64,000 nt of DNA, taken from contig NC_042999.1 of the NCBI RefSeq assembly GCF_006345805.1, positions 83,204,001 to 83,268,000 of the forward strand, written 5' to 3'. The notes below the pieces were generated by a model. The model was given only the letters and a program-made list of their open reading frames with translations, ran no database searches and was not told the DNA's origin. Numbering within the stretch: the first letter of the stretch is position 1; the number at the start of each line of letters is the position of its first letter. The stretch comes from Octopus sinensis (taxonomy: Eukaryota). Positions 24,856-37,502 of the stretch are shown here, in pieces. The position numbers and the translations under genes are program-made.

Positions 24856-25815
24856 GTATACTATTTTATTTTTATTTTTTTACTTCTTATTTTATCTTAT
24901 TTTTTTTTACTGTTTTGGTGATGCTGTAACCCCTTAGCATTTAGCTTACTTTATGAAATGTAATACTTAGTTAGTCACTTTGTGTATCAGTGCTGGTGCC
25001 ACATAAAAAAAATAAATCAAGTCCACATAGTAAAGTGGATGGCATTTGGAGGAGCATCGAACTGTAAAAATAAAATCATGCCAATACTGACCTTGCCTGT
25101 TTTGGTGCCACATAAAAAGCACTCAGTCCACTCTACAGGGTGGTTGGTGTTAGGAAGGGCATCCAGCTGTAAAAACTCTGCCAAAACAGACAGTGAAGCA
25201 TGGTGCAGTCTTCTGCCTAGCCAGCTCTTTTCAAACTGTCCATCCCATGCCAGCATGGAAAGTGGACATTAAATGATATTGACGATGGTGATGGTGATTG
25301 TTTTCAATGAATCATGTGTTATCTTGGAGCTTTCAGATTTCGATGATGTAATCGTTTAGTTTTAGAATGACATTGTAGGGTAGGTGTGAGAGACCAAATC
25401 TGCCCTCTTTGAACATAAAGCAGTTAATTATTAGTTTAAATCCTGGTGAAGCTGACTCTACTTTTCAATTTCTCTAGGCTAGAAATCATTATAGCGTTTT
25501 CAAAATCCAGATGTGTGCATGTGAGAAAGAAAGAAAGAAAGAGAGTGTGTGTATGTCTGTGTGATATACAGTACATAAATAAATAATTAATGTAAAAATA
25601 GTGGTAACAAAGCCCATTGCAAAATACTACAATTTTTGTAAAAATAAATTCCATCAACAAAATATTGAAGAATTTTTCTTTTGTATTTCATCAAATTCCA
25701 TCAAGAGGCAAAATAGATAAATATGAAAAATTCCTTTTCTGTTTTCCTTTTTACTTGAAAATTTACAGACGCGTGCTCTCATACCACACACACACACACA
25801 CACACACACACATGA

Positions 25816-25847
<32 letters not shown>

Positions 25848-26819
25848 AGTCACCCTCACACACATATATATATTTACATTTCTATGTACTTTCAATATAT
25901 TTTTCCTCTCCTTTCTCTCTTCCTTTCTTTTCGTCTTCTTTCCTCAATATTGAAATGACATTTGCAGTTGTTTAATGAAACTAGGTTTTAGTGTAAGAAG
26001 ATCTATTTTAGACATGTGTAGCCGCAGCTGGTCGGTTGTGCAAGGATAGATAGTGCATTTGCATAGTTTCTGACATGCCTCCAAAACCATATATTGTGAA
26101 CAAAATTAGATTTGTCTTTTATATACATCTATCTATGTATGTATGTATGTATGTATCTATCTCTCTCTCTCTCTCACTATATATATATATATATGTAGAG
26201 AGAGAGAGAGATCCTTCAAAAACATATTTGCACAAATGAATTTCAAAGAATTTCTGAATGAATGAACAAATATTTAATAGAATATACCGAGATTTGTTTT
26301 GTATTGTCTTGATTTCTTTAGCCAGAAGGTGAAGGGGAGTACACTGCAGAGACGCTGTGGGTGTTTTATTTTGACAAAAGGAGTAGAATTGGATTTTATG
26401 TTTCAAAATTTCCAAAATATAGATTCACTTTAACAGCAAGGACACTATGATGCAGTTAAGATTTGAAGATATTCAATTGGTGCTTTAACCCTTTCGATAT
26501 CAACCCGGCTGAAACTGGCTCTGGCTTTGTAGTACAAATGCCTTGGTTCCATAAGTTTTGAATTAAAATCTTCCACCACACCTTAGCCACAATTTATGTT
26601 CCTAATGATAACTAAGTTATTTTACTAAATTCTTTGTTACATTTAAAATTAATTGAACAGAACACAGAGATCTCAAAATAAATACAGTAATAAATGGGTT
26701 AAAATACTGAAGATTTTTGCTCATTATTGTTGTTGAATACACCCTTACACCTATATATGTATAGATTTGAATCTTTCAAGACTTCATTGTTACATAACCT
26801 TTGTTTTGTTCTACACTAG

Positions 26820-26961
26820 GTGGTTTTTTCTCGTATCGCTCGAGTTTGCAAAGCAGATCAAGGAGGTCTGAGGTCACTAGGTGGAATCTGGACAACTTTC
26901 TACAAAGCACGGTTAAATTGCTCAATTCCAGGAGAATTCCCATTTTACTTCAATGAAGTTG
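26820..26961 (+). CDS. Sema-1a: Semaphorin exon 8 (phase 0 to 1): [47 protein letters not shown](E)
   Basis: cactag|GTG...GTTG|gtgagt; visible in ORF 26820..27179. Confidence 0.97.
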
Positions 26962-27344
26962 GTGAGTTACAACTGCTTTCTCTTCTTAAAACTATGTTGA
27001 TATATCCTTTCAGAATGTTTTTTAAGTGGTCTTTCACTTGTAATGCACCTAGAGGAAACATACTAAGAAGGTATTTTGTCCTAAGTGTATCTATAATTAA
27101 GGGCATTCATCTCATGGCCATCACATTTGTTTTTATTCTTCAAACTACAGTATCTTATATGTTCTTTACAAACTGTTAGATTATGGTCTGAAAGTAATTT
27201 GCTTATTGTTTCGAGAAGTTCAAATGATCACATTGAGGCTTCCTCATTGTCCATTTGAGTCATCTGCCGACCAGCAGCATAGTCTGCATGTCTGTAAGAG
27301 TTTGAACTGGCTTCTTGTTAATTATTTATTTGGTAAAAAAAGGG

Positions 27345-27606
27345 TAAAGACCCCCTTCAGCCATGAATGACCATGGAGTTGCACCTAGAAAGTTACTCCC
27401 TGAGGCACAAGTCCCGGTAAGGCTGGGAAAGGCAAAGCTGAAACAGTTTGGCACCAGTGACATTGCAACTCATTTCTATAAAAGAATGAACTGGAGTAAC
27501 ATGAAATAAAGTGTCTTGCTCAAGAACACAACATAAAGCTAGTCAGGGAATCGAATTCACAACCTTACAATTACGAGCCTGATGCTCTAACCACTGAGCC
27601 ATGCAC
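27345..27606 (-). mobile_element. SINE family D variant, with an inverted partner at ~28715-28985 (+)
   Basis: Shared gttcttgagcaagacactttatttcatgtt core and gacttgtgcctc...ctttctaggtgcaa tail in opposite orientations. Confidence 0.7.
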
Positions 27607-27654
27607 CTTCACTTAGCCATGCCCTATCTATTTAGTACTAGGATATCAAAATGG

Positions 27655-29810
27655 TTGAGTGTGTGTTGTGACATCATAATGATCAAAGTTGATGTTGTGA
27701 TATCACAGTATTAGCACATCATGGAGATAGTGTTAGAATGTGTTACTCAGTATAAAGTAAAAGGATATCAAAATATTTGGATAGTTATGATGTTAAAATA
27801 CATCAGTGTGATAAAACAATGTGAGAGTAAAACATTAAAGTGCCACAGTTTAGGGACAAGTGTTATGGTATAATGTATTGTAGTATCTTGTGTAAGGATT
27901 ACAGCAATATTAAAGCCAGGGCTATGATGCCATAAAGTTTTATGAGAGCTGGTGGAAGCATATCATCTGCTTCTCTCATTAAATACTTGAACTAGTGTTG
28001 TGCTATCATAAAATGTTAATATCACTTGCCTCATAACATAGCTAGTAAGTGTTATAACATGATATCATACGGTAATTTTATGCCAAGCGTGAGGATTATC
28101 AGGTTTTAAGTAAATGATATATGCTCTAACCTGTTATAACATCAAATCTTTAGATATTATATTGTAATATCAAAATGAGTGTTATGATATCATAATTGTA
28201 TTTAATATCATTAACCTTAAGAGTTTGGTGTTGAAACAAATGTGATGGTATGATGAAGGTATAAATAAAATGATATAAAATTTATGAAACTATTATAATT
28301 TTTTATTTTGATATTAAAAAGCTGAACAAGTGTAGTTATACCACAAAATGTTATAAATATCAAGTATTAGGATATTCTAAAGTTGAAACCTGTTTTGATT
28401 ATTAATATGTATTATGCTGTTGATTGTTAGAATATCACTATATTGTAGCAAGTGTTTCACTATCGTTATTATATATACTCATAAAAAGAGTCATATTTTT
28501 ATGATTAGATTTATGGGGTCAAATTGTACATAGATACTACTTTTTAAGGGCTGAGATTCATACTAGGATACAAAATACCATATCAGTAGCAGAAAGCTTA
28601 TGATCTCTTAAATAAGAAAAAAAATGCACAATGAAGTACAATAAAAAAAATCTGATTTGGTGCATTAAAACACACATACTACTAAATAGTAACAAATATA
28701 AGGCAACATATCTTGGCTCAGTGGGTAGTGTGTTCGATTACTGGATCGGGCTGATTGTTGTGTTCTTGAGCAAGATGCTTTATTTCATGTTGCCCTAGTC
28801 CACTCATCTGTAGAAATGAGCTGTAGCATCACTGATGCCAAGCTGTATTAGCCTTTGTTTTTCCCTTGAATGACATTAGTGGGAAGGCTGGTATGCGTGG
28901 TCTTCCATAAACAACCTTGCTCAGACTTGTGCCTCGGAGGGGAACTTTCTAGGTGCAATCCCAATGGTCATCGATGACCAAAATGGATCTTTTTTTTTTT
29001 TTTTTTAGAAGCTTCTTTACACTTATAATCACCACACAGTACAGGTCTGTTATCTGTGAAGAACTTGGAATGACTTCTACTTGTACCTGAACTTCCACCA
29101 GGACACTTCATCACCACTACATACATATCTCTTTGGAGATACTCCTGATTCATTCTCACTATCTCCCCTAAATTTTAGTAGCCATGTAGCTCCCTGACAA
29201 CAAGAACCTGCTCTACCTCACCCCTGCTCTCATACCTTAACCCCCACACCCATCTGCAATCGTCTAGCATAAAGAAGACCCCCTTCTCTTCCTCAATAGT
29301 GCTAGTGGCATGGAAAAAACACATTGCACATGTTGTAAAATGGTTGGCATTAGGGATGGCATGTAGCCATATGAATGATGCAGGACAGGCAATGGAACCT
29401 GATGCAGCCCCTGGCCTTACCAGTTCTGGTGAACCCATCCAATTCATGCCAGCATGGTAAACAGATGTTAAATGATGATGGTGATGATACTCAGTGATAT
29501 GGTTACAAAAACAGAATTTATGCTACAATGAAATGTGTTATATAATGATGACGATGATGATGAAGTTAATTAGCAAAATTATTATTTTGCATGTTTATAA
29601 CAAAGAAGCTGTTAATGTTATGAAGTGCTAAAATATGAGAGTTGTTACTATATAAAAATTTAGAATCTTGTAATATTTATATGATGTGATAATATGTCAC
29701 TATATAACAGTATTACTATATCATTATGACATAACGTAAGGTCATATTGTTTGAATATTACAGAACGAGATTAGGGATTCTTTTATGATATTGCTGTGAT
29801 ATGATGTATT
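27655..29810. repeat. Degenerate minisatellite-like tract (27655-28500 and 29495-29810) interrupted by SINEs
   Basis: Recurrent word gtgtt(a/g)tgatatcataa and variants at ~27662, 27695, 27996, 28049, 28131, 28161, 28179, 28331. Confidence 0.55.
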
Positions 29811-29872
29811 TTTGGAGCATACAAATAACATGCAATGCATTTCTTTATTCCGTTTTTTTAATATCATTTCAG

Positions 29873-29966
29873 AACATGCAACTAATGTCTTAAGCGGGAA
29901 CCATGTCTCCTCTAGGAAATTTGATAAAAGTCATGATATCTTTTACGCAATATTCAATACACCCGA
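29873..29966 (+). CDS. Sema-1a: Semaphorin exon 9 (phase 1 to 2): (E)HATNVLSGNHVSSRKFDKSHDIFYAIFNTP(E)
   Basis: tttcag|AA...CCCGA|gtgagt; ends in the Y.+FNTP motif and bridges the phases of exons 8 and 10. Confidence 0.92.
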
Positions 29967-30790
29967 GTGAGTGTTGTATATTATTTTCATTTGTTTATTT
30001 TGTTTTATTTCATTTTTATTTGAAAAGAGATGTCACAATATGTTAACATGGACATAAGGTGCTAATGACAAGTTTATAATGAACTGAGACCCACAAGGAG
30101 ATATTGTGACTAAAGGCCTCTCTAAGCAGCCCCATGTCAGGGTGTTGTTGATGGAGAGGCATGAGGGAACATTATAAATCAACAGCTAGGAGGAGTAAGG
30201 CGAGGAGATGTTGGATGTCTTCATATTAGAAACATCAGCTCCATCTCCACTACTACACTCCTGCTGCTTTGTGCTGTGGTGTTGACAGGAATGTTGCATC
30301 ATCTAACATTGATTTTCTGAAGATTCACATAGAACTAATTTCTAAAGAGATAAAGGTGATTTAAGCTGTTCTGATAAAAGACCACATTTAATCACATTTG
30401 GCAGGGGAAAAATATTCTATAGTATATACACAGCTTTTTATAAATGCTGTTATAATGGACATCACATTCAGTAAATACCCCAGCACCAGCTTGAAAGAGA
30501 GAGTTAACTTTATTTTGTATCAAATAGGTATAACTTCAACCAGGCATCAAAGCCAAGTTGCTAACTGACCTCACTAGAAACATTTCTCCCACACTACGTC
30601 TGTCATGGTACAGCTATACCATATATATTGATTTCTCTCGCCATATTCTTTGTTCATCATTCCAACAGTTCATCTCTTTTAATATTTTCATTTTCCTCTC
30701 CCACTTTCATACACCTTTGATTTTTTTTGTTTTTTTTTTGTTTTTCCTTTCTTGTTTTTTTCATTTCTGTCTTTGCTCCTTCTTTCACAG

Positions 30791-30938
30791 GAATAGTGCC
30801 CCTGCTTCGGCTGTCTGTGCATTTTCCATGAAGCAAGTCATCAAGACATTTAAGGGTCGTTTCAAGGGTCAGAAATCAGCAGGCCACAACTGGTTGCCAG
30901 TCAGCAAAGATGAGACTCCAAATCCTCACCCGGAAGCG
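30791..30938 (+). CDS. Sema-1a: Semaphorin exon 10 (phase 2 to 0): (E)NSAPASAVCAFSMKQVIKTFKGRFKGQKSAGHNWLPVSKDETPNPHPEA
   Basis: tcacag|G...GCG|gtaaga; SAVCAF, F.G.FK.Q and NWLPV motifs. Confidence 0.96.
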
Positions 30939-31534
30939 GTAAGAAATGATTTATTATTGAATTTCATCAAAGATTAGACTCTGCGATGTTTCAATACTTT
31001 CTGGGATGTAGTGGGGGTCACTAAAACTGAATTCCATTCCAGTAGAAGGACCGACTTAATCAATATCCTTCCCAACAAAATTTGTGGAAGGTTGCCAATC
31101 TAAGAAATTGTTGTTGTTGTTGCTACTGCTCTTATGAAGGCAACAAACTGGCCGAATCATTATTGTACCAGACAAAATGCTTAGCAGCTTTTCTTCCAGA
31201 TCTTTACATTCTTAGTTCAAATTCCTCTGATGCTGACTTTGCTTTTCATCCTTTTGGAGTCAATGGAATAAGTACCAATTAAGCACTGGGGGTCGATGAA
31301 ATTGACTATCCCCTTCTCCCTATAAAATTTCAGGCCTTGTGCCTGTAATAGTAAAGATTGTTTTTATCATTATTATTTGTTTTTCTTCTTCAGTTTTGCT
31401 TCCGTTTCTTTTTGAGCTAAGAAGCTCACTGTATACATTGATAGGTCTCTAAAATAAACACACCAGGGTGTTCATTGGGAAAATAAAATGAAGTTATGGG
31501 GGAAAAAAAGGAAATTATTATTATTATTATTATA

Positions 31535-31895
31535 GGCACAGGAGTGGCTGTGTGGTAAGTAACCTGCTTACCAACCACATAGTTCTGGGTTCAGTCCCAC
31601 TGCATGGCACCTTGGGTCGGGCCAGCCAAAGCCTTGTGAATGAATTTGGTAGACAGAAACTGAAAGAAGCCCGTCACATATGTATATATATATGTTTGTG
31701 TGTCTGTTTTTGTCCCCCTTAGATCTCCTGACAGCCGATGCTGGTGTGTTTATGTCTCCATAACTTAGAGGTTCGGCAAAAGAGATCAATAGAATAAGTA
31801 CTAGGCTTACAAAGAATAAGTCCTGGGGTCGATTTGCTCGACTAAAGGCGTCGCTCCAGCATGCCCACAGCCAAATGACTGAAACAAGCAAAAGA
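31535..31895 (+). mobile_element. SINE family C, near full length. Other copies ~18040-18175(-), ~23395-23580, ~34160-34430(-), ~41520-41700, ~53525-53814(-), ~62655-62830
   Basis: A-box-like TGGCTGTGTGG and B-box-like GGGTTCAGTCCC head, internal (TA/TG)n tract, tail ...aatgactgaaacaagcaaaaga; dispersed multi-copy in window. Confidence 0.8.
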
Positions 31896-33476
31896 TTTTA
31901 TTATTATTATTATTATCATCATCATCATAGTGCTGATGGATTAGCTGCACTATTAGAGTATTACACAAAATGCCATGTAATCCAGTTCTTTACATTGAGT
32001 TTATATCCCATCAAAATCAATTCACTCCCTCTCTCAAATTTCTGACTTTGTACCTTTGCCAGAAATTATCATATTGGAATTAGGAGGACAGCTGATGAAA
32101 TATTGTATGGTATTTAATTCCATCCATTTACATTTCTACTTCAAATCCCATCCAGATCAACTTATCATTTCATCCTTTTGGAGTAACGTAACTAGTACCA
32201 GTCAAGATAACCATCATAATTCATTCCATCATAATATCTGGTTATTTGCCTAGATTGAAATCATTATTACTATTGCTGGCCTTAAAATGCTTAGGGTTTT
32301 GTTTGGATCACACCTTTGGGTGGATAGAAACTGAGAAGTAATCAAGCAGAGAGACCAGTCTCATCAAGAAATGATCAGAAAGGACACTTTCTCTGAAAAG
32401 TCAATGAGGTGGTAGATATATGCATTGCCTATATCATTTATTACTGCCTCACCATTATACCTTGCTCCAGTTTCCTTTTTTTTTTTTTTTTTCTTTTTGT
32501 GGAAAGAATACGTTCTACTATTCAGATGGTTCCTTAGCACCCATTATACTCTCGGAGTAATTAGCATTAGGAAGAGCATCCAGCCGTAGAAAACCATGCC
32601 AAATCAGACTGGAATCTGCTGCAGCCTTCCAGTGTGCCAGCTCTGTTAAACTGTCCAACCCATGCCAGTATTGACAACAGACGTTAAATGATGATGATCT
32701 CATACATAGAATGGTCAGTATGTTGTGAGTGATAATGTGTAAACATTAGCAACAATCTGCCTGGATTTCTCATTGGTGATCAGGTGCAGTCAATGTTTTT
32801 CAAGTATTTCTTCTCACAGCTTGTTTGTTTGTCTGAAACTGTAGTGCTAGTCAAGCAAAAAACCATCATCATCTTGATTGCCATTGTTGTTCTTGTTCTT
32901 GGTGCCGTTAAGGTAGGGGGTGGAATACTAAGTTAATACCACCCACTAATTACCTGTTGTTTTTAGATCCAGAAGACCCATAATCAAAGGGATTCCAGCC
33001 ATCAAGACATTTTGATTAAATCTTTTTGGCAGACATTTTGTCTAGAACTGCATTATTCACCCCCCCCCCACTATTTTAAGATGGTTGGTTGAGATATCAG
33101 ATGGATTTGGTCCTTAATTCTAGCAACTCAAGCAATTGTATAGATTCTCCCTCGTTGGCCAAAAGTAGAAATTAGTTTAATCCTTCTCTGTACTGAGTTT
33201 TAATCCTACCACAGTGGAACTTGCCTTCAGTCATTAAATTTTATATGATTAATATTCTGGGTTTGGTGAATGGAATCAACTATTGTCTTCCACTGATGGT
33301 TTTATGAATTTAATCAGACATCATTATATAATCATCACTGTTGTAGATTTTGTAACTCTTGTGATTGTTGTTGTCGCCTGATTTCCAAACCAATCAAAAT
33401 ATTTAAATTTTCCCTAAAAATGAAATGAAATTTTTTTTCTTTTCTTATATTCTATTTTTACTTTTTCTAATTTCAG

Positions 33477-33598
33477 TGCCAACAAAATTCAAAGCGAATT
33501 GATGATGAAACACTGAACTTCATCAAGTCTCATCCTCTAATGAATGATGCTGTACCAAGTCTTGGAGATCAACCGATTTTGGTTTATACTGGCTTCAA
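33477..33598 (+). CDS. Sema-1a: Semaphorin exon 11 (phase 0 to 2): CQQNSKRIDDETLNFIKSHPLMNDAVPSLGDQPILVYTGF(N)
   Basis: tttcag|TGC...TTCAA|gtaagt; LNFIKSHPLM..AVP motif. Confidence 0.96.
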
Positions 33599-35420
33599 GT
33601 AAGTTTCCTTTTTCTTTTTTGTTTTTTTTTCCTAGTTGCTGATTTCATTAATTTTTATTTATTGTTCATGGGTATGCAGATTGTCTTGTAAATTTAGCAT
33701 CAAGCAACCAGTTATTATCATTATCATTACTGTGATTATTAGTACTATTAATAAATAAATGACAGTAGCCATAGGAAATCAAATTAAATGAAAATGCAGT
33801 GCAGACATACACACTACTGATGAAGTCAATAGTTTGTAAGATGATAATCTCATTAACAACCCCTCATATTAGGGATTTAGATATTTACATAAACAAGAAA
33901 GAAGTAAAAAAAAAAAATCAGCAATAAACTTCCAATGAATTGTTCTGCTTAAGGCAATTAAATCATTTTTAAGAGGATGGCGTCCATTCCAATTAAGAAT
34001 CTACCACAATCATCTTTGTCATCATCATCATCATCATCATAACATCCACTTTTCCATGCTTGTATGGATCAGACTGAATTTGTTAAAGTAGATTTTTCTA
34101 CAGCCGGTTGCCAGCTCCAACCTTATATAATATTTTTCCTGTGGTCAGACATAGTTTCACTGAGAACGGGAAGTGAACAATGCTTATTTGCAACCATCAT
34201 GTGTTTTCAAACATGCCCTCTCTCTCTCTCTCTATCGGAGAGGCACAAGCACCTACACACACATATACGCACACGGCAGTAACTTCCGCCTACCAAATTC
34301 AATCACAAAGCTCCGGTTGGCCCAGGGCTATAGCAGAAGACACTTGCCCAAAGTGCCACACGGTGGGACTGAACCCGAAACCATGTAGCTAGGAAGCAAG
34401 CTCCCTAACCACACAGCCATGCCCGCACCTTATAATAAATGTTCCTTGCTGCAAACAGTAATTTGATGATTTACAAATGGGTCCCTTGATTGGATTTGAA
34501 CCAGAGGCCTTTATTTCTTGAAGTCTCTTTTGATGTTGTATTATTTCTCTTAATAGAATCTGCATTCAGAGAGATATTGATGTGTTAGCAGTATACTTCA
34601 GCTGGTGCACCCACATTTGTATCTCATGGGTTGAAGTTGGGGGCATTTGGGCTTTACTGTATTATGTCAGTCCATTGCATAGAGGTGCAGGTTAGCAGTC
34701 AAGTACATCAACTTTACTGCTTTAGTTTCTCAACCTTGGGTGGCTTGAAGGTAAAGTCAGCTTTGATAGAATTTGAACTCAGAGCGTATAAAACTTTTAC
34801 TAAATATCCTAAGATATTTTATCTAAAGTGCTGTCTCCAATAGTCTGAACTCTTCCAACCAATAAAATCAAATCCTTATTATTAAAAGGCATCAACTTGG
34901 TAGGGTTTTTCATTGGTCAGATAAAATGTTTAGTGTCATTTCTTCCAACTCATCACATTGCAAGTTCAAATCTCATCAGGGCTCAATTTTGCCTTTCATC
35001 CTGTTGGGATTGATTAATTAAAATATCAGTCAAACACCGAGATTGATGTAACCAGCTTACTCCTGCCTTCAGAATTGCTGGCCTTATGCCAAAACTAGAA
35101 GGAATTACTATTATTATTATTATTAGCTCTTTATGTTTTGAGCTCAAATCCTACCAAGGTCAGCTTTGCATTTCATCCTTGTGAGGTTCATAAAGAAGAG
35201 TACCAATCAAGTACTTGCTAGCCTTCTTTTTATGTACTTCTCCAACCATGCCGTTATTATTTTCAAGATTTGAGAGGACATTTGCTGCTATTTCTAGTAA
35301 GTTAAGGCATCATCATATAGAAGATCAATTGCATGTTTGTGTTGCAAACTATGGTTTACAGACATCTTTTTTCCATGTTAGAGTCTTATACTTAATGTCT
35401 TTTTATTTTTATTTTTACAG

Positions 35421-35503
35421 TTACAGATTCACTAGAGTTGCCGTACATCCACAGTACCAAGCAGTGGATGGTCGAAAATATGATATTCTCTTCATTGGTA
35501 CAA
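35421..35503 (+). CDS. Sema-1a: Semaphorin exon 12 (phase 2 to 1): (N)YRFTRVAVHPQYQAVDGRKYDILFIGT(N)
   Basis: ttacag|T...ACAA|gtaagt; YRFT.+AV and YD+LFIGT motifs. Confidence 0.95.
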
Positions 35504-36226
35504 GTAAGTACCTCACTGTTGGCATCATTGTGTAATCATCTTTGTTACTGTACTCAGCTCATTCATCATTATTATCTCCTTGATATTTTGCCCTTATTGT
35601 GACTTATCAATACCATGCATTCAGATCATCTGTTCTGGGACTTTATGTAAATAGAGTGAAGTCTGTTTGCTGATGTGCTCTGGCATAGCACATGTGAAAG
35701 AAATTAATATATATCATAATTAAATTATATATTGTGTATAATAATTAAATTATATATAATTATTCAATTACATATTATGTACTCTGGTATGTTTTTGCAT
35801 GATTCATATGATCCATAGAAAAATTATCTTGCATGAAACTAGTCCAAAAGCCTGAGGACTGTTGCTCAAACCCCATCGTTTTTATTTTCATTTCACAATA
35901 TTTTTCCTCTTTCTGTTTTCTTTTTTCCTTCTTTCTTCATTTTCATATTTTTCCCCTTTTTTTGTTTTGTTTCTCTCTTTCTCCTCATTTAATAAAGATA
36001 TTTGTAATGTTTCTAAAATGTGTTTTGAACTATTATTCTTCTCATGTGTGAGCATGCATCATGTACTTGAAGAAAATAAGTTAGTAGTGCACAAACACAA
36101 AGCATATTTAAGCTTATTCTTTTTTCAAATTTATACTTTAATTTATCATGTGTTTGTTTTATTTTCCTACTATTCTCTTTATCTCCCTCTCCTTTCACAC
36201 ATCATCTCCTTGTCTGTCCCTTTCAG

Positions 36227-36437
36227 ATGATGGTCATGTTTTGAAAGTGGTGAACATTGACCAAGGGAAAAAAGTTCGAAGCATTGTCATCGAAGAAATA
36301 AAGGTTTTCCACCATGGAGCCAAAGTGGAAGGTTTAGAAGTGTATCATAATTTTGGAATGGAGAAACTTGTTATCGTATCAAGTGACGATATTGTATCAA
36401 TACCTTTACATCGGTGCCATGAGAAGAAATCTTGCAA
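36227..36437 (+). CDS. Sema-1a: Semaphorin exon 13 (phase 1 to 2): end of Sema domain and start of PSI, (N)DGHVLKVVNIDQGKKVRSIVIEEIKVFHHGAKVEGLEVYHNFGMEKLVIVSSDDIVSIPLHRCHEKKSC(K)
   Basis: tttcag|AT...TGCAA|gtgagt; G.VLKVV, +IEEI.VF and +PL.RC motifs. Confidence 0.96.
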
Positions 36438-37009
36438 GTGAGTAGTAGTCACTTTTTTTTCCTTGTTGCAAATATAATTAACTAGCAGTATAGCCCAGCA
36501 TTGCTTGGGCATGTTTTCTTTTTGACTCTTTAGAAGTGGAATTTTTGAAAAGTAAAAATTTTGCATTATGTAGCTTGTTATTCTCTTTAAGTGAACATTT
36601 TTCTGGTTGAAATACACCGAAGAATGGCAACACAGCAGTCAAAAAATCATAAAAAATAGGGATTTTCATAGAAAAAAGCACCTTCGATGTAAATAATTTT
36701 TGGTGTTAACATGGTCTGATTTGAATTTTTTCTTCTACGGAAGGAAGAGCAAGCCTTCTTCTATCATACTCTCAATTTTGGTCAACTTGCGCCGCAGGGT
36801 CTCGGAGGAGATAGTGTTAGTTGAAGGCTACCAAACATGCCATACACAGACAACTTCAGCTTTATATATGTATAGATATTCTTTATGCCAAATTGCTGGT
36901 CTTGTGCCTATGTTGGAAACTACAACATAGGTTTGTATCAAACAGCTACTATCTTCTGTAGGATAAATTCAAATGTTTCTGGAGTGTATAGTGAAGACTG
37001 ATAGATCTT

Positions 37010-37260
37010 TCTCTGTTTATTGGCTGTGACAGAAGAGGCCATATGGTGGATGTGTCTGAAAGGTCTGGAGACCAGCACTTTCTTCTCTGGCCAAGCTCTC
37101 ATCAATTTCTTCAGATATCATTTGAAGAGGAAGGTGAGAGTTGAGAGGGTAGTGATGCCTTCTAGTGTTTTTACCGAAAGGTGGATGGGAATGGCAAGAC
37201 TGGTGAGGCTGAACAGGCCTACTCTGAATATGTTTTATTAAGTAGGAGGAAACAAACAAA
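37010..37260 (+). mobile_element. Decayed LINE ORF2 C-terminal remnant (L1/Tx1-like)
   Basis: ORF 37020..37241 EAIWWMCLKG...LINFFRYHLKRKVRVER...FTERW resembles the aIW..R / ++R.E / F...W C-terminus of Tx1-type ORF2 as I recall it. No RT core in window. Confidence 0.5.
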
Positions 37261-37502
37261 CTGGAAAATAGCATTGCTCATACTCTGGAGACGGTAGAGT
37301 AACCCAAGAATTTTAATGTGGGGGTTTTTCTTGAATTACCCTAAGTGGACTGCCCCATTATTGGGGGTGCTATTTATTTACTTATCTAAGTTCAATTTTT
37401 GTTAAATCCTTATTGTTGTGTCTTCTTTTGGTTGATGTAAACCCCACTTTAGTGTGTATTATATTTTGTTCATAATGACGAGGAAAAGAAAATATTATTA
37501 TC

